Origin: Octopus vulgaris
Lineage: Eukaryota
Length of the DNA: 64,000 nt
Direction: 5' to 3'
Assembly: GCA_951406725.2 (NCBI GenBank)
Contig: OX597816.1
Coordinates: forward strand, 124,001 to 188,000
Shown here: in pieces, positions 51,255 to 64,000 of the stretch
How the letters are laid out: every line of letters begins with the position of its first letter
How positions within the stretch are numbered: position 1 is the first letter of the stretch
Program-made: the position numbers and the translations under genes
Notes under the pieces: model-generated
What the model saw: the letters and a program-made list of their open reading frames with translations, nothing else
Databases searched by the model: none
What the model was told of the DNA's origin: nothing

Positions 51255-53020
51255 GATGAAATTTACACACTGTACAAACAGCTGAGAAAATTAAAGGGGA
51301 GTTTTTTCTGGGGGTTCAGAGATCCTTTATAATGTTGGCAGATGTAGTTCACAAAAATATGCAGCCAGTAATGGAAGCAAATAAATATTGGATAAATTGA
51401 GTTTCTGTCATCAGAGTTGAAAAAAAAAAGATGTATCTTACATTTCATATCATGGTGCAAAGAAGTTTAAAGGTGGAATGTTTGAATGTGGAGAGCAAGA
51501 AATATTGGAAAGATGAAGTAGGGGGCTCTGGGGGGGGGGAGTATGGGGAGTATTGAGGCAGTCAAGGGTGAAAGGAAGTAAGAGAGTCAGTTCAGGAAGA
51601 TGAAGGGGGTATTGAGAGAGGTAGTAGAAGAGGTGGAGAGTTGGAAGATGGTTGGGAGAAGTGTGATGGGTAGTAATTGAAGGGTGGTCAGTTGTTAGGT
51701 TTGTGAATAGATGTCAAAATTTAGGGATCAGAGCTATAGAACTATGGGAAGTTGAGGCAGTAAGAAAGGGGAGAGCAATTATTAGAGGGAGAGAAAGGGT
51801 CCAATTCATAGATGCTTATAGGATGACTAAGGAGAAATTTGAAGAAAGATGTTAGGTTGGTGGAGGATTACTAAGGTATGTAGAAAAGTATGAGAGAAGA
51901 TAAAGGTGGGTGGTAAGTTGGTGGTGAAGGCAGCAATAAGTGCTTGATGGTTTAGGTTAGAGGAATCAAATAATGAAGGTTGGTTAGCATCAGGCGGTGG
52001 GTACTGAGGTATGTAGAAATGTATGTGAGTAATTAGGGGGGGAGAGGGATGGCGGGGTGGATAGGGTGGTAGCTAAGGCAGTCAGGTAGTTGTTAGTGGT
52101 TTTGGTTGAAGAGGAATGTGCAAAGGTAACCATAAGAAGGAATAATTTAGTAGAAAGGATGATATATTAGTGGAAGGGCTAAGTTGCCAGTGCCACCTAA
52201 AGTCCAACTCAGTCGCATTTCCCACTCATCTCCCAAAACTCTCCACCTCTATTACTACCTTTCCCAATACCCTGATAGTTAACCCTGCCATCCATCTTCT
52301 TGAACTAACCCTTTTATTTCGTTTCACCCTTCCCTGCCTCAACACTCCCCACACTCCCACCCCTCCGATACTGCTTGCTCTCCACATTCAAACATTCCAC
52401 CTTTAAACTTCTCAACATTAAGATCTGAAATGTAAGATCTTTTTCTACCTTGATAACAGACGCTCGATTTATCCAATGTTTATTTGCTTCCATTACTAGC
52501 TGCATATTTTGGTAAACTACATCTGCCAACATTATGATGGATCACTGAACGTTATCAAAGAAGCTTGAGAGGCGGTTGGATGGAACCTACACTCGCCTCC
52601 TTATAAGAGCTCAAAATCTCTCGTGGAGGCGCCATCCAACCAAAATGCAAATATCTGGGAAACTACCACCTGTGTCGTCTCTTGTGAAAGGTAGGAGAGT
52701 CCAGTTTGCTGGACATTGTTGTAGAGATGAAAAAGAAGTAATTTCTACTCTTCTCCTCTGGAAGCCACCTACTCGCAATACCAGAGGGCGCACACTCTCC
52801 TACCCTGATGTAATCTCCAGGGATACAGGCATCCAGCAACAGGACCTCCGTAATGCTATGATGGACCGTGAAGTCTGGCGTAACATAGTAAATTCCATTG
52901 TCTCGACCACGGTCGAACAATGATGATGATGATGAGCCCTCAGAAACAGCTGTTAGACTTGTAACACCTTACCTCCGCCACTTTAATTTTCTCTGTCGTT
53001 TGTACTCAGTGTAAGTTTGA
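51255..53020. repeat. Diverged long inverted repeat (~51255-51665 vs ~52213-53020), right arm split by an RTE insertion
   Basis: GAAGTTTAAAGGTGGAATGTTTGAATGTGGAGAGCAAG pairs with CTTGCTCTCCACATTCAAACATTCCACCTTTAAACTTC. ATAATGTTGGCAGATGTAGTT pairs with AACTACATCTGCCAACATTAT. Confidence 0.85.
52551..52935 (+). mobile_element. Young 5'-truncated RTE-group LINE (third family)
   Basis: Uninterrupted C-terminus LDGTYTRLLIRAQNLSW..RRVQFAGHCCR..LLLWKP..AMMDREVWR followed directly by (GAT)n. Confidence 0.85.
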
Positions 53021-53054
53021 TCCATTAATAAATAAATATCTAGATATTTATATG

Positions 53055-53378
53055 TGATACCCATGCCAGTGGCACATATAAAGCACCATCTGAATGTGGT
53101 CGATGCCAGTGCTGACTTGACGGGCTTCCGTGCCGGTGGCACATAAAAAGCACCAACCGATCATGGGCATTGCCAGCTTCCTCAGGCCCCTGTGCCGGTG
53201 GCACATGAAAAGCACCCACTTCACTCATGGAGTGGTTGGCGTGAGGAAGGGCATCCAGCTGTAGAAACACTGCCAGATCAGACTGGAGCCTGGTGCAGCC
53301 TTTTGGCTCCCCAGACCCCGGTCGAACCGTCCAACCCATGCTAGCATGGAAAACAGACGTTAAACGATGATGATGATT
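53055..53378 (+). mobile_element. RTE 3' UTR/tail retroposon
   Basis: Close match to 50910-51240. Confidence 0.85.
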
Positions 53379-53478
53379 ATACTTAAATATTTATCATCTG
53401 AAAATCTTCAGTTTTTGCTTTCTTTCTGTTTACATATGTGTGTGAGTGTGTGTATATATATATATGTGTGTGTGTGTG

Positions 53479-53525
<47 letters not shown>

Positions 53526-54062
53526 TTATTCATTTATTTATTTGAAAGAATGAGTAGAGATGGGTTTGTTTGTTTTTTTGAGGGGATAATTCTTATTTTA
53601 ATCTCAATAGTGTTTACTGTGAGTTACTCAGACATGAATTTCAAGCTTTCAAGTAGCTGTTTCCAAACTGAAGAATGTATGTTTTACTGGTTGCTTAAAT
53701 AGCAAAAGATTTTTTTCTTACAAATATACATACAAAAAAATATATATATATATACACAGAAAAGAGAAAAGAATATTAAAACAATTTTTTTTATAAATAT
53801 CTATATAAAAAGAATACAAAAGCATGTGTGAAAAAGAAGCAGCACCACATCAACTAAGGGGGAGGAGAAGAAGAGAAAAAATAAAATGAAATCAAGAGAA
53901 AATATAAATATATCAAAAAAGATTAATAATAATTGAGAACAGTAGGGGGGAGATTTAAGTCTATCAAATGGAAAATTTAGGAATGGTCACTATTCTTAAC
54001 ACAAGAATAGCGACCATTCCTAAATTTTCTATTTCGTTTCTTCCCCTCACTGTTCTCAGTTA

Positions 54063-56465
54063 CAGTGTTCCCTTGCTACTTCGTGGTTTAACTATCACAG
54101 ATTCACGACTTTGCAGATTTTTAAAATATATATATATATGAACACCTAAGATTTTTCATTAAATCCATTAATATTAATAATAAATATGATATTATTTCTA
54201 TCGCGGCCATTTTGCTTTCTCGCCGAGTGGTTTACTGTACTACTTTACGCTGTGCTGTGTGTGATTTTTTTTTTTGTTTCTTTGTGTTTTCATTTGCATT
54301 GAACTTTGTGTTTTCATCCCCTGCAATGGCTCCCAAGCGTGCTGCTTCTTCCAAGGCTGGTACTGAGCCTAAACACAAACGAAGAATGATCATGATCGCT
54401 GAGAAACTTCTGGATATGTTGAAGGAAAGGGGAACTTTTGCTGCCATAGCCCACCATTTTAGTGTGAACGAATCCACCGTTTGCTACATCAAGAAGGATG
54501 AGGCTAACATTAGGAAGACGGCTGCCATCACCTTTAATAAATCGGCAAAGAGAGTGGTTACGGCTCGTAATAAAACTATCATCTGTATGGAAGCTGCTTC
54601 GGCCATATGGATAGCTGACTGCCGAAAGAAGACCATCGCCTTGGATACGAACATCATCCAAACAAAGGCTAGGAGCCTGTACGAGACTTTCGCCACTAAG
54701 GAACCTGAGGATGACAGTGACAACCATGAAGAAGAGTAAGACGACGTAGAAGATCCACAACTGGGGACGTCCAGTGATTTACAACCTAAAAAACGTCCTT
54801 CTTCTGCTAGCAAAGGGTGGTTTAAGTTTCAGAAACGCTTCGGCCTAAAAAGTGTTTCCCTGCATGGTGAGGCTGCTTCTGCTGACACAAGTGCTGCTGA
54901 AACATACGCGAATGAAACTTTCAAGAAGATTATCTCTGAAGGTGGATATAAGCCCGAACAAGTTTTTTTATATGGACGAGACTGGCTTGTTTTGGAAAAG
55001 AATGCTGTCGCAAACTTTCCTGTTCAACAAGGAAGCAAAAGCCTCTGGCTTTAAAGTATACAAGGATTGTGTGACCCTCGTGATGTGTAGCAATGCTGTG
55101 GGATTTTTGTTAAAGCCAGGACTTATTTACAAGTCTAAAAACCCAAGGGCTTTAAAAACCAAAAACAAGAATCTGCTACCCGTACATTGGATGCACAATC
55201 CAAAGGCGCGGATAATGAAGATGCTGACCTTCGACTGGTTCCACCAGTGTTTTATCCTGCAAGTTAAGGTGTATCTATTAGAGAAGGGCTTGCCATTCGA
55301 AATTCTTCTCCTTATGGATAACGCTGGTGGCCACGCTACTGATCTGTTGCATGAGGGCATTCAGATTGAGTTCCTGCCGCCCAACACTATGTCACTTATT
55401 CAACCAACGGACCAGGGGGTTATCAGGGCGTTTAAGGCCCTATACACGAGGAATCTTCTGGTGAAACTGGTTGCTTCTGTGGATGCCACCCAAGAAGATG
55501 AAGATGAAAATTTTATCTTGAAGGCATACTGGTGGCAGTACACAATTGCTACGTGCCTCCAAAATATCCATAAGGCATTGCAAGAAATGAAGCCTGCCAC
55601 CATTAACGCGAGCTGGAAAAATTTGTGGCCCGACATTAATTACGACGACAAGGGATTTACACGTTCCGAAATCCAACACTCTGCAGTACAGAAAGCTTTG
55701 CAATTGGCTGCGATAATTGGAGGTGTGGCTTTGCAGACATGACCACAGGAGACATCGACACGTTATTAGACTGCCACTCCCAGCTGCTAACTGACGCAGA
55801 CCTCGAAGACTTGACGAAGTTGGCCAGAGAAGAAGAAACGCAACAAGAAATGGAAGAAGTTGTCGACCAAACTGTCTTGACTTTGGAACGGCTGGCCAAG
55901 CTCTGCAACCTGGCTAAAGAATTGAAAGAGGGGTCGCAGGAATGGGACAACGATATGGTTCGTTTTGTGCAATTTTGCAGCAAGGTCGACGAAGTAATGA
56001 ATCCCTACAAGATATCTTTGAATGGAAAAAGAAGCAGCAGCAGCAACTCCCTATCACAATGGTTTTGCAGCCTCGCAAAAAAGAGCCAGTTCCTGCTACT
56101 ACTACTACTACTATGGTTGCACCTTTGGAAGACGTGTCCCAGGAAAGGGCACCGCCGTCAGCTTCATCATCATCATTTCTACTGCACAACAAATTCATCA
56201 TCATTCAAATTTTACTTCAACTTCTTTCGTGTTGAGTACAGTAACAGTCTTTATTTTTTTAAAATCTAAAGTGTTATTGCTTAACAGTTGTCCTTGTTAT
56301 TAATAGATTACTGTAATGGATGGGTTGTTAACAGTACAAGGAGGGTTTAAAAAGTCCGAATACGCGTTAAATAAATACTGTAAATATGGTGTCCCTACTT
56401 TGTGGAAATTCAGTTATCGCGGCCGGTCTTGGAACCAATCTATCGCGATAAACGAGGGATCACTG
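54063..56465 (+). mobile_element. Full-length pogo/Tigger DNA transposon (2403 bp)
   Basis: TA|CAGTGTTCCCTTG ... CGAGGGATCACTG|TA, with an internal TIGD1-like transposase. Confidence 0.95.
54326..56235 (+). pseudogene. Tigger/pogo transposase (CENP-B HTH plus DD30D), disrupted
   Basis: MAPKR..EKLLDMLKE..VNESTVCYIKK, ASKGW, YMDETGLFWK and LLMDNAGGH-x-IQPTDQGVI. Stop at 54737 and frameshifts. Confidence 0.92.
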
Positions 56466-58134
56466 TACTATTAATCTTATTTTCTGTTTATTTTATTATT
56501 TTGATATATTTATATTTTGTCTTGATTTCATTTACTTTTTTCTCTTCTTCCTTCCTTGATTTTGTTGTTGTGGTGCTTCAGCTTCTTCTTCATCTTTTTT
56601 ATTTTATTTATTTTTTAAAAAATTTTTATTTTATTTTCTCTTTTCTGTGTATATTTTTTTAGTATGTATACCTGTAATAAAAAAATCTTTTGCCATTTAA
56701 GCATCCAGTGAAATATACAGTCTTCAGTTTGGAAACGGCTACTTGAAAGCTTGAAACTCATATCAGAGTAACTCACTGTAAACACTATTATTAAGATTAA
56801 AATAAGAATTATCCCCTCAAAAAAGCCATCTCTACTCATTCTTTCAAATATATATATCAAGAACTTTCTCTTTATTATTCTACTATATATATATTGATAG
56901 AAATGGCAAGACAACAAAAAAAAGAGACCTCAATATTATGTAAATAGAGGAATTTATCTGTAAATATCATCTGTGACAATCATTTGGTAGCCATGATGAA
57001 ACTCTGAGTTTCAGATGTCAGGGCAGAAACCCACGCCGGCATCTCTTCAGTTATCGAGTCTTCAAAGAAAATGCTATGAAAATGACCGTTAAAACAAAGG
57101 GAAATTTCTGTGTGATTGACCGTTATTAAGACAAAAGAGCTATGAGAATGACCACTAAGTGAGGGGAGGGAGTAAAAATGTTAATAGTAATCGCATAAGT
57201 GCACATGTCCATACATACACATGCGCGCCTGCACACCCATGTACATGTACCTATATGTATATACTTATCCACCCTCATTTGAAGCACACATATGCTCACC
57301 CATACATTCTCGCACACGCGCGCGCACAAAAAAGGTTCATACACACGTCTCATACTCCTATGGAACATTCCCTTTTGTCCCCTCCATACCACATATTCCC
57401 CACCACTGTTCCACCATCTGTTTCTCTATCTCACTTTCTCTTTTTCTAACTCTCTCTCTTTTCCTTCTCCTTTCCTACTTTTCCTCCTCTATACTATCTC
57501 TATTCCTCTATTGTATTTTAACCTCTCAACTGACACAAAGCCACACCCTCAGTTCCACTCCCTCCCCCATATGAGAGGTTTTCGTCTTGCAGGTTACTTG
57601 GCAACCACACTGGCGTTGGAGCCACTTAAAAAGCACCCAGCACCCTCTGTGATTGGCAGTAGGAAGGGCATTCAGCCATAGAAACCATGCCAAAATTTGG
57701 ACATTTGGAGCCTGGTGCAGCACTCTGGCTTGCTTTGCTCCTGTCAAACCATCCACTCATGCCGTCATGGAAGATGGACATTAAGTGATGATGATGATTA
57801 ATTTTCAAGAACATTGTCGCTGTTCTTCTCTGCATGATTGAATTCTCATCATTTCTGACATCCATTTTTCGATTCTTGCATGCATCAGATAGTTTATTGA
57901 GGTAAATTTTCTGCAGTTGTCAACCCTTACCTGTTTCCTAGCAAGAAATAGTTCCACATGGCCAGACATAGTTTTGCAGAATATTACAAATTAATGACAA
58001 CTGTTTGTTCAACAGTGACATTCATTTACAACCACCATGCAATACCAAGGCAAGGGGACAGTCACTTACTCCTAAATTCACTTGGCCACAGTGTCGGACA
58101 GTGTATCTGAACCTGAACCCCTCACAGCCATCAC

Positions 58135-58342
58135 TGTAAAGGTACAAGGCCTGAAATTTTGGGGGCAGAGGCCACTTGATTAGATCGACCCCAGAATGCA
58201 ACTGGTACTTAATTTATTTACCCCGAAAGCATGAAAGGCAAAGTTGGCCTCAGTGGAATTTGAACTCAGAACATAAAGACAGATAAAATACCGCTAAGTA
58301 TTTTGCCCGATGTGCTTCTGTTTCTGCCAGCCCACTGCCTTG
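58135..58342 (-). mobile_element. SINE of the second family
   Basis: Reverse of AAGGCAGTGGGCTGGCAGAAAC..TTCTGAGTTCAAATTCC..GGGGTAAATAAATTAAGTACCAGT..GGCCTTGTACC. Confidence 0.75.
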
Positions 58343-59724
58343 AAAGTCAGTCAGTTATCAGTTAATGAAGTTCTTATTGCCCAACCATCTTATTTCTAAC
58401 AGTAGAAGTTCTCCTCTACTCTCTTTACCTCTCAGACTTAACAACGGTAAAACATTGCAAAGTTGACAATGCACATTTATTCTCAGATTTTTCTCTCCTG
58501 TTTCTTGAACAGTCTAAAAAAACCAAATAAAAGGAAATCAAAACAAAGCCAGACACTTGTATTGATTGTTCAACTTTCTATCCAGTCAATTATTGATCTC
58601 CATCACAGTCACTGCCACAGTTGATTCACCCCCTCCCCTTCAAACATGATAACCTGAACATTGTACCAAACCTCTCCTCTTTTATGGTAGTTTTCTTTTA
58701 GCTAGATGTCCTTCACTTCCAGTTTTCCACCATTCAACTTCTGTGACTTGTCTAATTCCAAAACAATGCTCTTTAGTGTCTATAAAAATAGAAATTTCTT
58801 GCATGTCTTGGTCTTGTGCAAACTTTTTGCCTGACTTGTAATAAAACTGTCTTTCTTTTCCCTCTTTGAAAATTAATTTGTTAATTATGATCTCCAATCA
58901 AGATCTGCTTCATTGACTACAAGTGCACATATGAGTGCAACTGTAAATAATGCATGGTTCCTATTTTTGTTATTGCTATATTACATAATATAAAAATATA
59001 TTTACTGGTGAGAGGTGTGCAGCCAAGTGGTTAGGGTGTTGCCCTCAAAATCACTAGATCATAGTTTCATTGCCCCAGTCCACTGAGCTGTAAACCTTGT
59101 GACAAATTGGAATCCCATTCAAAGGGTATATTATGATCTCAGTCACTTATATATCATGAAAATTGGGTAACCAGCTCTATGAGTTCTAGGATTTGAGACA
59201 GTAATGTTGAAGGGTTGATGATGATAATGATGCCATCTATATTCAATAATCACCATTTATGGTTAAATATTTCAGGATGTATTTCACTGAGCTCAAGTTA
59301 TTTCATTTGGAACATTAAACTTGATGTATTAATGTCATAATGAAACTTCTTCCCTGACTAATTTTTCTCTTGGGTACGATTGTGTTTTAGAGGAATAAGA
59401 ACATTTTTTTTACACCTTTTACACCTTTGGCACCAATTGGCATCAATTTAAAATCTTTACTTGGGAAATTTGTTTTGATATAATCCATAATTTTTTTTCT
59501 CCTTTAGGGTTCTAATTTTATCATTTGATAGCTTCAAGGAAATAATTTATTTTACAGCTAGATGCCCTCCCTGCCACAAACCCTTAACTGTTCTTCAAAT
59601 AAGGGAATATTTTTATTTTATTTCTTTTCAAAAGCCTGGAGGTGTGAGGCAGTTTGTTAGTAGGGCCTGTAAACATTATCGTTTCACTCAAACAATTTCA
59701 CGTGAAGATGCAGAATGTAAACAT

Positions 59725-60110
59725 ATCATCATCATTTAAACATCCCCTTTTCTGAACTTGCATGGATCAGATGGAATTTGTTTGAAGCAGATTTTCGATG
59801 GCTGGATGCCCTTCTTGTCACCGACTCTCACATGTTTTACATGACTGGAAACAAACAACATGATGATGCTCATACACAATCATCACATGATGTAAAGACA
59901 AGGATACACCCACCCTCACACACATGCCCAGACATCTGTACATAGATATCTGATGGGCTTCTTTTAGTTTCTTCTACCAAATCCACTCACAGAGCTTTGG
60001 TCAGCCCAGTGGTATGGCAGACTTGCCAAAGTTGTCACACAATAGGACTGAACTCAAGACAATATGGTTTAGAAACAACCTTCTTAATTGCACAGCCACG
60101 CCTGCACCTA
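59725..60110 (-). mobile_element. tRNA-derived SINE with RTE-type tail
   Basis: Reverse of AGGTGCAGGCGTGGCTGTGCAATTAAGAAG..GAGTTCAGTCC, with tail GATGTTTAAATGATGATG. Confidence 0.7.
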
Positions 60111-61444
60111 AACACTTTGGCTGGGCTTTCATCTGTTCCTCTAAAACAAAACCCCTCCACTAAGCATCTCGATCCATCCTTGTCACCTTCAGTTCATGGT
60201 TAAAATCCAATCTTGTGTCAGGTTGTCAATGAATATCAAAGTCTCCCACACTTGCTGGAAGTGTGAGGGGCCCAGGGCACGAGTTTTGATGCTTCTTCCT
60301 GGTGTCACATGCAATCATTTGATATGCTGAGACATTATTCTGTGGTCTTGCCAATCACTTTTGAAAGGCTTCATAGAAATGCTTATTGGTCATGGACTGT
60401 TGTCATTTTGCATCCAGGGCCATTTGTAGCATATGTGTGTGCATGCGTGCGTATACATCATCATTAAATGATGATATATATGCATATGTGTGCACACACA
60501 CATGCACACATGTATGACAAGCTTCCATTACAGCTTCTGTCTTTCAGTTCCACTCACAAGGATTAGTTGGTGTTGAAATACATTATCTGTGTTTCAATTA
60601 ATTCTGAAAATAATAAAGAATTTAGTAAAATGACTTTGTCATAAACCTGGTGTTTAGAATATATATATTAACCTGAAATGTTGATGGGCGGTTTTAATTT
60701 CAAGCATTTTAAAACAAGGAATTTGTACCATACAATTAAAGGAAGAATGATGAAGATGGTTAACTGTGATGTTTTCAATCACTCATTTTCAACTCCTTCC
60801 TTCCTGTTTGCTTGTTCTAGTCCAAAATTATCAAATCAAATATCAGAGAATGTAATGTGTTGTTACCTGTATTATTATTACCTGATCTGACTAGAATAGC
60901 TGAGAGCATGACTGCAAGGTAATATTTAGGTACAGTAAACACCTGTTGTTTTAATTTTTGTAATTTCCAAAATACTTATGTATGTGTATAATCAAAAATT
61001 CCTTTGCGTACTATTTTCCCAGCTTGGAGAGCATACTACAAGGCATTTAAAACAGATATAAGCACAACTTCTATTCCAATATTTATGGCATTTCAGCTTT
61101 TATGAATATATAGTGGAAGTAATATATACAGTTGTCTTCATACCTGTTTAGGCTTAGACAAAAATATTTAGGTAACTTGCTTTGAAAGGATTTTGATAAA
61201 TTAGAAATTTTCTAAGTTTGTTCCTAATCATTATTTAAATATTAGTTTTCAAGTCTTATTTATAAAAGTGTTAAAAAATTAGTTTGTTGACAAATGATGA
61301 AGAGAACATTACATAAGGTTGACTGTCGGGTTTATTCAAATGGAATTTATTTTCTCATGACTCGAGTTTCACTCCATAAATGACTGTTGGCTTGAAACTT
61401 CAGTTGCAAGACATGGAATTCAATTCAGGTAAATTACATATAAT

Positions 61445-63235
61445 TATCATCATCATCATCATTTAACATCCATTGTCCATGCTGGCATGGGTTGGACAGT
61501 TTGACCAGGGCTGGCAAGCTGGAAGGCTGCACCAAACTCCAATCTGATTTGGCATAGTTTCTATAGCTGGATGCCCTTCCTAATGCCAACCACTCTGAGA
61601 GTGTAATCGGTTCTTTTACATGCATGAGACTGGTATCTGCCACAACTGTGATTGTGCTCAGCATGATGGGTCTTCTTCTCAAGCACAACATAATACCAAA
61701 GGTCTTGGTCGTTGCCTCTGTGAGACCCAACACTTGAAAGGAACTTAGCTACTTTGCCTCTGTGACACTCAGTGCCAATGGTCTTGGTCATTGTCTCTGT
61801 ATGGCCCAACATTCAAAAGAAGTTCAGCCACTTTGCCTCTGTGAGGCCCAACATTTGAAAGGTGCTTTTTACGTGCCAGCGACATGGGTGCCAGTTATGT
61901 GACACCAGCATCAACCATGACTATGATTTCACTTCATTTGACAGGTTTTCTCAAGCACAGCATATCGCCAAAGGTCTCAATCACTAGTCATTGCCTCTGT
62001 AAGGCCCAGTGTTCGAAGATCATGCTTCACCACCTTATCCCATGTCTTCCTCTACCACAGGTTCCCTACACAGTTAGAGATCTGCACTTCTTTATGCAGC
62101 TTCCCTCATTCATTACACGCCACATGATCAAAGCAGTTCAATTGTCTCTCTTGCACACCACATCTGATGCCTCTTATGCTTAACTTTTCTCTCAAAATGC
62201 TTACACTCTGTTGAACATGAATGCTGACATTACACATCCAGTGAAGCATACTAGCTACATTTCTTTCAAGCCTACACATATTCTCGGCTGTCACAGCCCA
62301 TGTTTCACTGCCATGTAGCATAGCTATTCACACTCAGGCATCATATAATCTGCCTTTGACTCTGAGAGAGTGGCCCTTTGTTGCCAGCAGAGGTAGGAGC
62401 TCTCTGAACTTTGCCTAGCCTAATCTTATTCTCACAGCTACACTTCTCAGAGCATCCACCTCCGCTACTAACATCGTCACTTAGATAACGGAATCTATCT
62501 ACTTCCTCTGGTTTACCCCACCCCTGGCAGTTGATGGAGCTTATTTTTCTGTACATTTTCAGTGTTTATTGTACCTGTACATCTTCCACATACAGAAGCT
62601 ATTTTCTCTGTTAATCTTCCTCTGATATTCTTGCACCTTTTATGTGTCCAAAGCTTACACCGGGTGCATCTTATGGAGTTTCTACCTATGCCTTTTCTAC
62701 AGATGGAGCAAGGCCATCTACCTGAAGGGATTTGTGATTTGTCTGTCTTTCTACTTACTAAGACTTTGATTTTTGTTAGATTAACTCTTCAATTCTAGAC
62801 CTTGCTTCCGTACCTGGAACTTCTCTAGTTCTGGTAGTTATTCAGCTATATGAGCAAGATCATCAGCATAGAAGAGCTCTCAGGGTCAGCCTGTCTTAAA
62901 TTCCTCTGTTATCGCCTGGAGGACTATGATGAACAAGATAGGGCTGAGGACTGATCCTTGGTTAACCCCTACTTGTACCCTAAATTCTTTGCTATACTCA
63001 TTGCCAACCCTCACCTTACTGGTAGCATCCCTGTACATGATTTGTACAGCTCTCACCAACCACTCATCTATCCCTAGTTTCCACATTGACCATCAGATAA
63101 GAGACCAGGGGACCCTGTCAAAAGCTTTCTCCATTTCAACAAAAGCCAAGTGCAGAGGTTTATCTTTGGCTATGTATTTCTCTTGCAGCTGCCTTACCAG
63201 AAATATAACATCAGTGGTGCTTCTCCTCTGGCACA
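61445..63235 (-). mobile_element. 5'-truncated RTE LINE with RT core and PHD finger
   Basis: LAFVEMEKAFDRVP, VGVNQGSVLSPILF, LFYADDLA, WPCSICRK..CTRCKLWTHKRC..CGRC, VDRFRYL, MLHGSETW and a (GAT)n tail. Confidence 0.92.
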
Positions 63236-64000
63236 AAACCAAACCATAATCATCCTAAATTTTAATGTCTGTCTTCGATGTTGGCAAGGGCTGGATGATT
63301 GGACCCCACTGGTCAGAGAACTATGTTGTGCTCTACTGTCTGCTTTGGCATGGTTTCTGTGAATGTAGGCCCTTTTTAATGCCAACCACTTTACAAACTG
63401 TATTGGTGCTATTTTTCATAGTCATTTTGCAAGTCACAAAATGGCCAAGTGAGGCTGCAGTAGATGCAGGTAGATTTATTGCAGGTAATGGAAGGTTAGG
63501 ATATGAAGGAAGGAGGCAGAACAGGTATTATAGAAATACTAAAAGTTTAAACAATAAAAAATCATGAAAATCTCTGAAGTTGGTTTATAATTTTTCAATA
63601 TTTTATTCATAGATTTTTTTTCTTCTTAAATGTATTTTTCTTTCATCTTAAATATCGATTTTTAAATTAAAATTAGATTGAATAACGATTTCTTTTTTTT
63701 TTTTTAATTGTAAAATAAAATTTTACCCTTGAAGTCATTTGAAATCTTTTGTCCTGAATTCTGAGCAGATTTTTTTAGGAATTTAATATTTGTCTTATTT
63801 AGTCAATTCTTGATTTCACTTTCTCTTTTCTTTTCTTTTTACGTTGTTTCTTTCTGTTGGTGAAATTAATAATTTTGTGGCATATGAAGCTTTTGTAACC
63901 AACAAGTTTTTTCTGCTATTTCATTTTTTTCTTCTTCAAGTAGATTCTGAAATTATATTTTTCCCAATTTAAGTTTGTTGTCTTGATCATCATCATCATC

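Larger units (their letters stand above)
53539..56850. repeat. ~0.9 kb palindromic (fold-back) element split by the Tigger insertion
   Basis: 53539-53997 is mirrored by 54003-54062 plus 56468-56850. Apex stem matches 30 of 32 bp around a 5-nt loop AACAC (53998-54002). Confidence 0.9.

Overview
AT-rich, repeat-dense eukaryotic DNA. The SINE/RTE repertoire resembles a cephalopod, probably Octopus; this is an inference. The only host coding sequence I can support is three internal + strand exons of a DENND5 (Rab6IP1)-family gene (23732-23841, 45940-46474, 47302-47427). They have phase-compatible GT-AG junctions and include a ~22 kb intron. The rest is intronic or flanking DNA filled with mobile elements. 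These include a full-length APE-RT LINE whose ORF1 region has a Myb/SANT-like domain plus four CCCH fingers, RTE LINEs with an embedded PHD finger, a Hero-type and three R4/Dong-type RLE retrotransposons, and a full-length pogo/Tigger element. There is also a deleted mariner, piggyBac-like MITEs (one nested), Helitrons, many tRNA-derived SINEs and microsatellites. The most unusual signals are three long fold-back structures and several hammerhead-ribozyme-like motifs, which suggest Penelope-like elements. Most ORFs in the supplied track are spurious.
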